Source: Raillietiella orientalis (Eukaryota). From it: a stretch of DNA of 64,000 bases. Shown here piece after piece: positions 38,800 to 50,905 of this stretch. The notes beneath the pieces are model-generated. The model had not been told where the DNA came from, did no database searches, and saw only the letters and a list, made by a program, of their open reading frames with translations. Each line of letters opens with the position of its first letter. The stretch's first letter is position 1. Location of the stretch: NCBI GenBank assembly GCA_036172245.1, contig JAYWIR010000058.1, positions 248,001-312,000 of the forward strand, given 5' to 3'. The position numbers and the translations under genes are program-made.

Positions 38800-41757
38800 A
38801 CACCGTTCCGGTGGCTGATGAAGCACACCTGCAGAAGATCCTCACTAAAGAATACCTCCAGATGAACGAGACTGAGAGGCATGTCTCTCGTCCCTTGGAT
38901 GCTTGCACCACTACGTTTGGATTTTTTTAGCTCCAGGAGAGTCACATCAGCCTTGCTTAAGGTACCCACCAAGAGGTTTCAAGTTGAGACAACGCATCAT
39001 CCAGTTCGCTAATGAAACAGCTGAACTGTACTCGTGTACGCTCCTTCACGATGCGAGACTTCCTGCTTCCTACCAACATCAAGGATGCGCACCCTTGGCG
39101 TTAGAGTAGTCCCGCAAACCAGCCTTGCCAAACACACGGATGAACCCAGCTTTGAAGGTCGCTCGGATGCAGGGGTTCGCCAGCACGAGTCCCCTGACCT
39201 ACGGCAAGACGTGGTAGCAACCCCAACCACGACGGCGGCAACTCCCTACGTGACTTTGGCGGCGTCGGCAACCCTAGGAAGCGGCACATCACAAGGACAT
39301 GCCTCAAGGTGCAGAAACGTGCCACTCTGAAAACACGAAACGTGTCATGGATGAGTCCATAATGCAAACAGGCTCCCAGATGCAGACTGAGAGCTCCGAA
39401 GTCGGGCCCACTAGCAACCCTGCAGTGCAATGCATCCAATCCTTCTCATTGTACAGGCAAAATGAGGGAATATGATGAAGACCGCCGTACTATTCCTTGG
39501 TAAGGCCGGTCTTCGGATTCTCTGTTTACACAGAGGTTCGTGTCAGGGACAGTATTCCTGAAGAGCGGCGGGGCACACCAAGCGGGAGGAAATGCCAGGA
39601 GAACGAAGGATGGATACAGTTGTACGTGCAATCTGTCAACCTGCAGAAAATCAAAAAAAAAAAACACTAAAGAAGATCGAAAACCTCGTACTCTGGTTTG
39701 TATTCTGGTAGACATTTCAATCTCGTCTATGGATCCATGGCATACTTCTCAAAGTGGAAGCCATCACGAAGGGAGCTTTCCCGGTCAGGCTGGAGGACGT
39801 TGCAGGGCCGACCTATGGAACGGCAGCTACGTATTCGACCACCAAATGGAGCGATTGGTGGCTTTAGTGACCATCTAAGGAGCACCTAACACTGATGACC
39901 AAGAGCTGCAAGCACACGCAGAGAACAGCCACAAGCCCATCCCCCGCTGCCAAATTAATCCTGTGAGTGCGAGGGAAATAGTGAAGGAGCTCGTAAAGGA
40001 GGGCACACATGTGGGTGTAATAGGAGAAGACCTTTTCACCCTCATGCCCGAGAGAAAGTAGCTCACGAGAGATCTGTAGAGATCAAGTGCTCACTCAGCG
40101 CCTGCTGTCTACCCCGCTGGTCCTAGGTGACAGAAAGCCTCCAATTCGACAGCGGACCACGTGACCCTCACCCACCTCTAGCATGTCTTGCTTCGGGTTG
40201 CAGACATGCAAACTGCGGCGGTCCTTGAGAAGCAAACCACTGATGCGAGCAGAGCTTCAAGTGCTTATGCTGGAAAACGTGCCTTGCGTGCGTTACGGTA
40301 CATCTTGATGGTGACCCCACTTCTCTGTGGCAAGTGGGGAAGAAAGAGACGTGCGGCAGCTGTGATAAAGTTGAACACCTCAAGAAATGATGTCCTCCGT
40401 CGAGCGTCGGCAGGGTGACGCTCCTGGACACATCAAGACCACCTGTAGGGTGGGCAGAAAAGACGGCAAAAAATAAAGGCAAAATGAAAGTGAAGACCGG
40501 TGGAGCGGCACCGGCAACTTCACCCAGCAAGCAACACCGTGGTGTGCTCCCGCGCGCCTGCTACTGCGGCGCTGCACCGGCAGCGATGGCTTTCTGTCGC
40601 TCGTGCCGCATACGGAGCGCGCCCGAGAGGCTTCGGTTTCCCCTGGAAACCTCTCTACCGGCTCCTGGCAGCCCACGCATGGAACTCCTGCCGCCCAACG
40701 AACTTTGAATCCTAGTGGCAGGAGCCGTTGCATGCCTGGGCAAAGCACGAGGATGTTTCCCTTCTGGAACTCCGTTGCGCTCACCTCTCCCCGTACTGCA
40801 CGGTGGATGAGGTCTGCAACAGCCAGGAGAAGTGGACTCGCCTGGCCGTCACGCCCCTCGCCGACGCGCTGTCAGCCCTCAGGGCAAGAGATGACAGCTG
40901 CCTACCGGCGAGGTGGGAGGTGCACCATCGCAGGAGCAACCCGACCCATAGGCGGCTGGAGGACTTGCGAGCTGGCCGACGCCGCCACGCCTCGCACCAT
41001 CCCGAAGGGACTCCTTCGGTGGAGCGAACTATTGAGTGTGCCCCCCGAAGAACTTGTGGTCCCTCCCTCCTGTTTGAACACTTCTGTGTTCCCCCTTTCT
41101 TGGAAGCAGGACGTCATCATAATGGTGCATTGGGGTTTTCACTCCAACCAGCGGACGAACCGTGTTTCCGGGGGAGTTGTCTCGCCGAACTGTAAACGGT
41201 GCGGGGACGTGGAAACGCTCCCGCATCTGCTCTTGGACTGCGGTGCCCTCAAAGGACTGTGGCGGAGGCTGGCCTCAGCTCTCCTGCACCAGGAGGACAC
41301 CGCAAGAGACTTGATGCGCCGCTTCTTCTTCTTTCACAGGCGGCCTGTCCTTAGGTGCTGTCATCGCAACGGTCTGTTGCACCTGCGCCATCGACAAGGC
41401 CCACCGAGAGTTGGAGAAGCTGGCGATTCGTCGTCAGGCCACCGGAATAGCCGGCGTGAACATGGCGCCGGCTGCCGAGTGGGCCCATCTTTCGGAAGAC
41501 GTTAGGAGCGAGATCACCGGCATCCATAGCCGGTTCTGAAAGAAAGGAACGGCCATACCAAAGACCCTTGTCCCCTACTCTCCCTATATCTTTATTTCTA
41601 TTTTTTATATGTGTATTTGTGGTCCCTTCCTTCCCATTCTGGACTTTCGGTTTACCGACCTGCATGTCGGGGATCCCCCTTCGTTTTTTCTGTGTCCTTT
41701 GTCCGGGAACTCTTTTCCCGGATAGTTTAGCAATAAACGCCCCGGAGCACCCGGGTG
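38800..41757 (+). mobile_element. Decayed L1/Tx1-like element E3
   Basis: APE echoes GRHFNLV (~39710) and FSDH (39863-39874). zf-RVT CKRCGDVETLPHLLLDC (41191-41241). T-rich 3' UTR with hairpin at 41654-41671 and terminal motif at 41732-41757. Confidence 0.8.
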
Positions 41758-41765
41758 CTCCGGGG
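41740..41765. repeat. Perfect 26-bp loopless palindrome
   Basis: CCCCGGAGCACCC|GGGTGCTCCGGGG, read directly from the sequence. Confidence 0.97.
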
Positions 41766-43130
41766 TGGGAATCAGCAAGCAACACCAACCGACAGACACC
41801 CCGAACCCTCCTGCGGAGCAGGCAGAGGAACAAGGGGAGGGGAGATGGGGTACATCAAGGGGGAAAGGACAAAGAACGAAAAGAATGCTGAACGAGTGCA
41901 GAGTTCTCGCCTGATTGTCGGATTTTCCCCCTAACATGTGGCGACTGCTGAAGAGAATGCTGATGATGGCAGCGCAGGCAAGCCAGCAGGATGCTTTCCC
42001 GGGTGCTGGCACCACCAAAGAACTTCAGATGCATTTCCTGATTGACACAGTCAAAAGTCTTTTCAAGGTCGACCTCCACCTCCTTTGCTTTCGTTTGGTT
42101 ACTCCCCTCTCTCCGAATGGGCATTCAGATTCTTGAGGCTGTCGAGCGCGACGCGATGCTGCAGATTCAGTCGAGCCCGCTGGTGGAAAAGTTCCTCTCC
42201 CTGCTTGGTCCGAGAACAAAGTAAACCTGTTCGAGGATAAGCACTGGGTCTTCCATTCACCCCATTCGCGCAGCACACGGTTTCGGAAGCAGCTCATGTC
42301 CAACGTCGCAACTGTGTTCGAACATGAGATCAGAAGATCAGACTGGATCGGATTTGCTCAAACTTGAGCAGCTGAGGAAGTCCACATCCGCTCAAGCTGA
42401 GCAAACCTGCAGGATCTCCTCCCTTTGGCAGCAAACGAACCCTCGCAGACCGGGAACGTCTCTGGGTCAGCTGAAGCACCAGAGGACTCAGTTCCATTGA
42501 GAAACAATGATAAAGCTCAGCTGGTGCTCTTTGCCTCTTGCTCAGCTTTGAGATGGCATCTAAAATTTTAGCCATCGCCAAATGCTCTTCAAGGCTTGTG
42601 CGCTGCTTCTACTGTATGGCGAGAGCAGATTCCGGCAGCAGTCTCTGTGTGTAGACTCTGTTCGCGGACTCACATTTATGCGAGAAAGAAGAGAGCGTCC
42701 TTGAGCTGCAGTGTGCATCCGCAGGAGTCGATAGCTTGTGACTCTGCTCTGCCCCGGACCTCCACGTTTGCCTCTCAACCCTGTATCGGTATCCCTCCAG
42801 CCTGTGGTCAGATACCGACACATCAGTCCGTGCTCCCAGAAAGGGAGTATTCCTTAAAGAAGGCACTGCTGTTGCCGACTCCTTCCACGGAGCCTACAGG
42901 CAGTTGGTGGATATAAAGTGGAGACAGGTCACCAGGTTGGCATCCTTCACCACAATTCCGGAGTTCGTGGATCGCAAAGCCACGCAGGAAACTGCGGAGG
43001 ATCTCCTTTGCTTCCGACTGGCTTAGACGGTCTCCTGGAAGCTGCCAGATTTTCATCGGAGGTCCCTTCCCAGGAGGTACTAGCTCCAGCTGGATCCTCT
43101 TCTTCCTCTTCTGCAATCTTCCGATGGTAA
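41748..43130 (-). mobile_element. Decayed L1/Tx1-like element E4, opposite orientation to E3
   Basis: Minus-strand ORF2 fragments in order: IWQL, EGVGNSSAFFK, ILDAISKL..PAELYHCFSMELSPLV, LLPKGGD, VDLEKTFDCV (~42070). Then pyrimidine-rich UTR-like sequence ending in CCCCGGAGCACCCGGGTG. Confidence 0.78.
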
Positions 43131-44460
43131 AGAACTCACCTTTTGCACAATGCCTATGTTTTACACTTCTAGAAAGGACATGTTACTTAAAGATGCACAC
43201 AATGAATTCTGACGGAGTTTTGTTGGAGAAGCAGAACTCTTTATTAATCCGAACGATGACCAGTGACAAAAGATGGAATGCAAGGCTTGTTTTCATGGAA
43301 TGTGTGAGTACTAAAAACAAAACGACAAATCTTTCTCGATTATCATAGAAGACAGTCATTCCGAGTCGATTCCGATGACTCTGTGTAGATACAGCATTCA
43401 TATCGAAGGCTGATCTTTGGTGTTGCAAAGTGAGCAACAAGAAACCAATGAGTACAAAAGCATCAAACTCGGAGCATACTCAAGATGACCATTTTTTTGT
43501 GAATCGCTCATTTTGCGCTCTCATTGGGCCACTTTTGATTGCACCATCACTTCGCAATTTCAGAAAGGAAACTACATCACTTAGAAGGATAGAAACACAA
43601 AAAAAGGAAGAGCAATTCACGCTCCACTGTTCCATTCCTCTACTTTTTTCAATTCTCTGGACATGGTTTCCTGGCCTTTCTGGTGAGCAGTCAAACGTTG
43701 AGTCCCCTTGAAAAGTGTCTTCGCCTCGATTAAATAGAGGATTCATGCAGCTCCTCGAAATTATGAGTGAAAAATCAGCTGAGAGTCAAGGAAGAAAAAA
43801 TCCATACCACAGCATCTTTGAAACATCTGTTGAAACTCTCATGTTTTCCATTTCAAGGCATTTCAAATCCTTCTCTTTGCTTTGCACTGAAAAGTAAACA
43901 ACACTTTCTACCAAAACCTAAAATTGCGTCATATATAGCACACCTACGTAATACATACTCTCAGCAAAGTAAATTATTGCATCTAACATTTCATCTATTA
44001 TACTGAGTTGAATGTGCAATTAATTATGCAATGATTGCTCCTATTTACTGATTTTTCAAGGATATCGAGTAAATACAAGACATTTACATGTTGACATGTG
44101 GGTGCTCACGATCGGCAACATCTCGACGCAGAATCTGCGTATGCTCTGCGTAGTACTGAGTAGTGAACCTGTTTCGCACTCTGGACGAAGCAACAGCGCA
44201 TTCTGGCGGAACCAAGAGCAATTTCTCGCCGTATTTTTCCGGACTTGCAGCGACACTGGCATGCTGGGGCGCATGGACGCGCAGCGGAAAAATGAAGCAG
44301 TGTGGGAAGGAGAAAGAAAGCAAAAGGAGACACAAACGCCCATACATGCACAAGTATTTTGGTGTTTTACGATGAGAGAGGGCAGGGAGCAGCAGATGGC
44401 AGATGAAGGCAGCAGATGAAGCCCCAATGCTGAAGTACGTATGTGGCGATCTATTCTGGC

Positions 44461-46750
44461 TTTTGTTTACACCCGGATATGCCGGGGCATTTATTTTTTC
44501 AAATAAAAGTACAGAGAAGTTCCGCGTAGCGAACCCAAAGGCTCACCACATCAGTACAGCCTGCTGCTTGCCGGTGTTCGACCGGCGAGGTCCTTCCGAC
44601 GCGCGGGGGTTAGGATAAAAAACCTAAAGAAACAAAAAGTTCAGACGTGGGAGGGCACTAATGTTTTGGCGATGGGAGGGCCGGTAAGGGATCAAGTGCG
44701 CGCGGAGCGATCCTCTATATCCTTTTCAGGATCCTAACAAGCTGGCTTTTGCATGCGCTCATGTTCGTCGCGTACGGCTGCAAACGCTTGCTCCTTCCAT
44801 TGGAGTACGCTACCGGAGCCGTTAATATCTTATTAGGGATTTAGAAGTTCTGGATAAATGAGCAGTCAACCCACAAATGAAACTGAATGCACTTAAATTG
44901 ATGAAGCAGCTGCCCTACGATACGGAAGCGTCCTCTTCCCCCTCCCTCGGCAAGACTGTATGCAGCCGCCGTCTTAACGCAGGATACTTCCGCCGTTGAC
45001 CCGCCTCCCAAGCGCTCTCGAAGATGAGGAAGGCTCGGGTAACGGCGCCTTCCTCATCTATCAGAAGTCTGGTTTTTGGACCATGAGACATCGATCGAGG
45101 AAGGCGAAGACCATCCGCACATTCTGGCGTACATCCTGCTTCATGGGTCTTGCATCAGCTCCTGGATGGAAAAATTTTGCGCGTCATCGGCCTTGAACAA
45201 CCACAGGCCATAATTGTCGACGTTTCCGCTTCCGCCTGTCCCTTTCTCACTCCAGGCTGCGATCCCTTACCGCTTGCATCCCGGAAGGATCGAGGGACTC
45301 GGAGGGCAAGGACTGGAGGATGCCCACTGCCCTGGATCCGGGAGAGCTCTGATCACCGATGGGGGAGAACCCTATTTCAACTTCCCATCGATTTTTCTGG
45401 TCACTCGACTTTCAATTCCTGCTACTATGATAAAAGTATCCCTTGGGAAAGCATCGGTCCAGAGAAGGCACACATGTCTAGATGTTGGGGGTATATCGTT
45501 TCCCAGATTTGCCCACCACGACGAAACAAAGAGCGGTAGCGCGATCTGACATTCAGAATCTTGCCCGTCGCGCGAAGGAAATTCCCGAAAGCAGCTTGAG
45601 AGTTTGTCTCCCTGAGGCTGGAAGTTGTCTTTTTTGTGATGAACATCAAGGAGTCCCAGATAGACCTCGATGCGAGGTGGCGCCGCCCAGCAGGCTCGCT
45701 GAACGGGTCTTTTCTCTCGGAACGAGCCTCTTGAATCCTCTGGGGAACTTGGATACTGAGCACGAAATTAACAGCATGTTTTGCGAGTCGCTTTTTTGTC
45801 TTTGGTGCAAAAGAGCTCTCCGGACTCCTCTGGAGGCAATCCTCTGTGAAGAATCCGTTCTCTCTGGTGGTCCCAACTCATGCAGCATCCGATACGCAAG
45901 ATCTCTCAGAGGCAAAGACCCTTTACAAGCAGAGCATGGAAAAGGTCCTGGCTGCTGTTTCCAAACACTAAGCCTTCTCTGCCCCGATCACCTCCTCTCT
46001 ACAGGCGGAATGGTACATGTCGTTTCCAAAGTCCGGTCCTCGTCTCGGTCCCTATTCTCATCTCTCAATCAGGCGTATATTCATCTCTGAAAGAGGATTT
46101 TTTTCCTTCCTCTTCCACGTAAGAGCTAACCAGTTGTTCTGTAACCCTTCCTTCTGCTGACTTTCCTAGGTCTCCCCATTGCGGCAGCGCATTATGTTGC
46201 CATACCCCTGCACTAACACACTACGAGATCTTCAGAAGATTTCAGATGTCTTCAGTACTGCTTTATCTTGGAAAGCCTCGGGGAAGCGCCGGCTCTGTAA
46301 GTGCGGTTTCTTGCCTCAGGGTGTTCAACTGCTGCATCTTTTGCCTGTTTGTTTTTAGAAAGAAAAAGACGTGCAGCCATCACGCAACCAGAATGGTGTC
46401 TGCAACTCTTGCCACTTATCCGTTCCGAATAGCCAGAATGTATCTTCCGCTCTTTACGAGGCCGTGATTTGTGGTTCCTGCAGATGCACTCGTTCAGCTG
46501 ATGCTTCTATCTTGTCGGCAAGAAAAGCGCGGCATGTTATGAGGAATTACTTTAAGGCAGTGGTCCGTCCCATGTCTTCGCTGTTCGTCGCTAAATGGCT
46601 GACTCTGGAAACAGGGAGGAAACTGTTTTGAGCACGAAGCCTCCACGATAGAGCAAGTGCCCCAAGCATCATTCTGGAAGCTCGACTGAAAGCGGTGATC
46701 ACATCGTGCCTACTCCAGCCTCAAGGGAAATTTACTTAATGAAAATGTTA
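44461..46750 (-). mobile_element. Decayed L1/Tx1-like element E5
   Basis: Minus strand: CDH (~46700), YVEEEGKKSSF (~46100), SRSIWDSL and LDMCAF (~45670-45465). 3' hairpin 44614-44595, terminal motif AATAAATGCCCCGGCATATCCGGGTG at 44495-44470, then an A-rich tail. Confidence 0.62.
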
Positions 46751-49110
46751 CCTGAAGCTGTATTTTAATTAATGCTTTTGCGTGATGACAGAAACGTGAT
46801 TTAATGGAAATGGAACAGCATGAAGCCGAGAACGCGTTCAGACATGACGTACAGATAAACAGTGGAAACCTGAATTTTGCCCCATGGAAATTCCTCTCAC
46901 AAGCACACAGACCGGGAAACGGGTTAGGTTGACAGACAGCGGTGGTTTTACGGGAAGCTTCGCTCACTTTCTCACCGGCACTGCGTTGCACTCGTGTACT
47001 TTGCAACTGCTTCCGTTCGAAAACTATCGAAACTTGTGCAGTGTTCAGCTTCGCAGATATCTTTTCCCAAGAGTGGAGCACGTACGGTTCGGTACCATTA
47101 ATCTATCATCTGACGACTTGTCATAATCTCAATGTTCGTTCTATGAAATGCAAAGACTTTCGAGAAAGGCCCACGACAAGCGGATTTGCGTAGCTGTCTC
47201 CTTCTCTCAAAAAAAGGTCTTTCGAAAGACAGCTGTATAATACTTGAGAGTGAAGGAGAACGTTATACTTTTCATTCACAATATTTAAAACATATATAGA
47301 TATAACGACGCAGCTATAAATTTATATTAATGATTGTTAGTCAATAGATAACTGTTTCAAATATTAAACAATTTTTGTTTTCCCCCGTTTTGCTCTTTGT
47401 TTTTTTTTTTAGCGGCAGCTCGCGCTGTAGGCAGTTTAGATGTCTGGCTAGTGTGTGCGTACTGTCTGAGATGTGTGGTGATGAAGTGCTCGTTCGTGCT
47501 CACCGCTTGCGTTGCATCGACTCCATCACTAGATCTTTAATGGGTCCCATGATGAGTATTATTGTGAATTGGTTCTGAAATGCAGTCTGCAAAATGGAAA
47601 TGCATTGCCTCCGTTCATGATTAGACTTGTATGGCAGTCGTTTGTTTTCCGTCTCCTCTCTCCGCTACTCTATGCTCACTAGTCTCATCACGAGGGAAAA
47701 CGAAATGCTAAGACGGCTTTGCGATGACGTTGTATTTCCTGTTCTTCTGTAAGTCATCCGCTACTTTTCTAAAGCGGGAGTCAATTTTGCCTCTTTGCAA
47801 TCTGTCGCTTTTGCTCATTGACTTTTGGTCCTGACTTGTCGTGACCCATTTTTCTTTGTTGATTTTGTGCCCACATCGCCTGCGAAGAGCTTTCTGTTCA
47901 TCGCCTCAATGAATGAAGAGCACTCACAAAACTCAATTTGCTTTCGCACCTCCTTTGAGCGTCTATTTCATGCTGCACTCAATACGGGATCCTTCATCAG
48001 AGGTGTTCTGATGTAGTCTTTCACTCCTTTAGCTAGGCTTATTAATTTTCTGGGGAACATTCATTCCATCAAAGAGCGCTCTTGTTCTTAGAGGTTTTTC
48101 CATCTTAACACGGAAACTTTTTTCCTCGCTGGTCTTGGCCATCTATACGCGATAGCAATCGACGCTTGCAGCAATCCACGACTAAAAGCGTGATGCATCA
48201 AAGATAAATAATGCATGCTAGCGTGATTCATATGCCGCGGTTAGAGTAGCAGCCATGCACTGAATGTGAACGTGAAACATTCTTTGGCCCAAAAATGGCT
48301 CTGACTTACAAAAATTATATCCGTTCCTCTCCTGTTTGAACTGTATTTTCTGTAACTGGGTTCTGCATTTCATCTCAGGCACCAATTTCTGTTCTTACCA
48401 AGACGGATTTGTTCTTCAGATTCACTCTGCACATTTCCAGTTGCAATGGATTCTGTTTAAAAAAGTTCCCCGTTCAAAATTTTCGATGAGCATAGTTTTA
48501 AGTCTCCTGCTGAAGCGCATGACCAATGGAACCTCAGTAGGATGCTTCATCTTCACAATTCATGTTTTTCCTCAGATATACGAGATCATTCTTTCTTTCG
48601 TTTTACGAATTCAGCAGTATTCTACCAGTTCTCAAGTCGCGACATCATTTACAGTCTCTCGATATTTGAAGCACCCTGACTGTTCAGACACTGCACTGTT
48701 TTTTCTTATTTATGCGTCTACTCAAGAGGCTCTTGTATGAACCCTCTGGGTGACTTGCCGATGACCTATGAATTTCGTAAACACACTAGATCGACATTTA
48801 TGCTTACTGCATGATTTTTTAAAAACAAAAAAAATGAAAATTTTTATGACAAACTCCGTACTGCAATTTTCCGTTTTACATGTTTGTCTTGGAAAGTTAA
48901 ATCCTCAAATGGTAAAACTATGCAATGCAAATCAGACCGTTTATTCTATGCTTCTGTCTCCTATAGCCCATCTCATGTTCTGCGAATGAATATTCCCATG
49001 TCATACGAACATTACAGTTAGGAATTTATGTGTGTGTTTCTTCGATTTATTCCGTGAGTACCCTTTCCGTTTTCTTGAGGCTTTTTTTACTTTCCTCTTT
49101 AGAACTTAGA

Positions 49111-49180
49111 AAAATTTAACAATACGTTACTATCGTGCGATAGTACGATACATTACGACAGTAATGTATTATTAAATTTT
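49111..49180. repeat. Short foldback / MITE-like inverted repeat
   Basis: 26-bp arms 49111-49136 and 49155-49180 with 3 mismatches. Confidence 0.7.
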
Positions 49181-50905
49181 CGAAGTATGTATTGTTAATC
49201 GTTGTGGATTAAATTTGTTTGTAAGATGAAGAGTTCACCTTAAAGCTCTAAGTCATTCCCATTTCTTGTGTAACCATAAGCGAATCGTCCGAATGTGATT
49301 CCACAACTATCCACCCATTCTATAAATCAGTTGATCACTTTGATATTGCCCTTTGATACTATGTTAATAAAGCCAACTGAATCTAATTGGAATCCATAAA
49401 CACTTGTGCCATTACGCCTTGGGTTTAGAATAACTGACGTTCCAAAAATCTTTTAGAATGGTTTCTTCGCAAAATTAAATCCTTGGAACTTTTGCTACTA
49501 GAAATATGTTTTCTACGTATCTTGTTTTCTTGATCTGATGAATCTTGTAAAAGCAGCACAAAACAATAAAATATGAATTAACTCTTGCCTCATTTACGAT
49601 GTTTTGATCTAATCGTGTTGTTTCGGGCAAACCGTCAGTCAGTTTCCGTTTCCTTAAGTATTCTGTACAAGAAACATGCCTATGAAATGCAGATGGAAAA
49701 CTTTGCCAAAATGAAGTTGTAGTACACAAAACTGGGAATCTGTGTTGTGAAATTATTTTTCATATACGATGATTGTTTTGCTAAGTATCCGGTTCTGTTA
49801 CACCTAATTCAATAAGTTGTCCTATACTAATTTTACAGAATATTTGTATTTTTATCAGAAGGATGATATAATAAGGTCGCTGTTTTGTTTTCCGAAATTG
49901 TATTTTTTCTCTATAATTGAATAAGTTTCATTCTTTTAATTCATAAAATACTTTTAATTTCAGAAGGAAGTTTTGAAATTTTTCTGTTCCCTGCACAGTA
50001 TATTTATCTGAAATTTGAAACTATACTTAGATAAACATCCTGAATTGTTTTTAAAGTCAGAGTTTAGTTTCTCTTGAGTTAAAACAGTACAATACGGCAG
50101 CTATTTGGAACAGCAAATTTAGTTTAAAACATGCAAAGCAGGAACGGTATGCAACATGATTTGTTATTGGAACGGACGGATCATTGTAAATATGAAGGCT
50201 TTCGTAGCACTGTTGAGGCATTCCAGTATTTGCAACAGATAATGCAATAAAGTTATGTCTATCTTGACAGTGTGCATCAGTAACATTCAAGAATTGACAG
50301 GTCTTGTAGGTATTGCTGGATGTTTTACGTTTTTGTCATGAATGTCTGCACAGCTGCTACAGTTGAAAAATTGTGACTTATCGATTTTTGTTTCATACCG
50401 AGATGCATGTATTTTGGATTTATAGGCCATTTGAAGGAAATATGCATTACTGATGATGAGCAAACGTTGAAGTCATTAGTATATCTCAATTTCACTTCAG
50501 TGTGTTATTAAAAGAATCATAACATAACCAATTTTATTTCGACTTTCGTATCATATTATAGAGCACCTTCCATCGAGTAAGAAATAATTGGGTCCCCAGA
50601 ACTAGCTCCCACCTTTTTATAACTCTCATTTTTACATGTAGAATTTTCTGAGGATTTTTTTAATGTCGAAAGGAAAGGAAAACTTCTGGTATTGATCGTA
50701 ACTCGGCATTTCGTACTTTCAAGGTCAAATCGTGCACGTCGAGCTTTGTGATCTATAAAGTAATGAAAGAGTTCAAAGACTTCCGGGTATACAAAGAGGT
50801 GAATAGATAGAGATATTCCACCAGACTAGTTATAAGATATAATCTGTTTATGAGTTGTACAACATACCTAGATCTAGTGTTGTGTCACTGAAGTATTTTT
50901 ATGAA

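Noticed and set aside
31400..47200. Dozens of overlapping 60-300 aa ORFs
   Set aside because: Expected from higher GC and decayed retroelement frames; there is no coherent exon structure apart from the GR terminal exon.
47380..48750. Minus-strand LINE ending in an A-run near 47400
   Set aside because: Composition is suggestive, but I could read no convincing RT or endonuclease motif.
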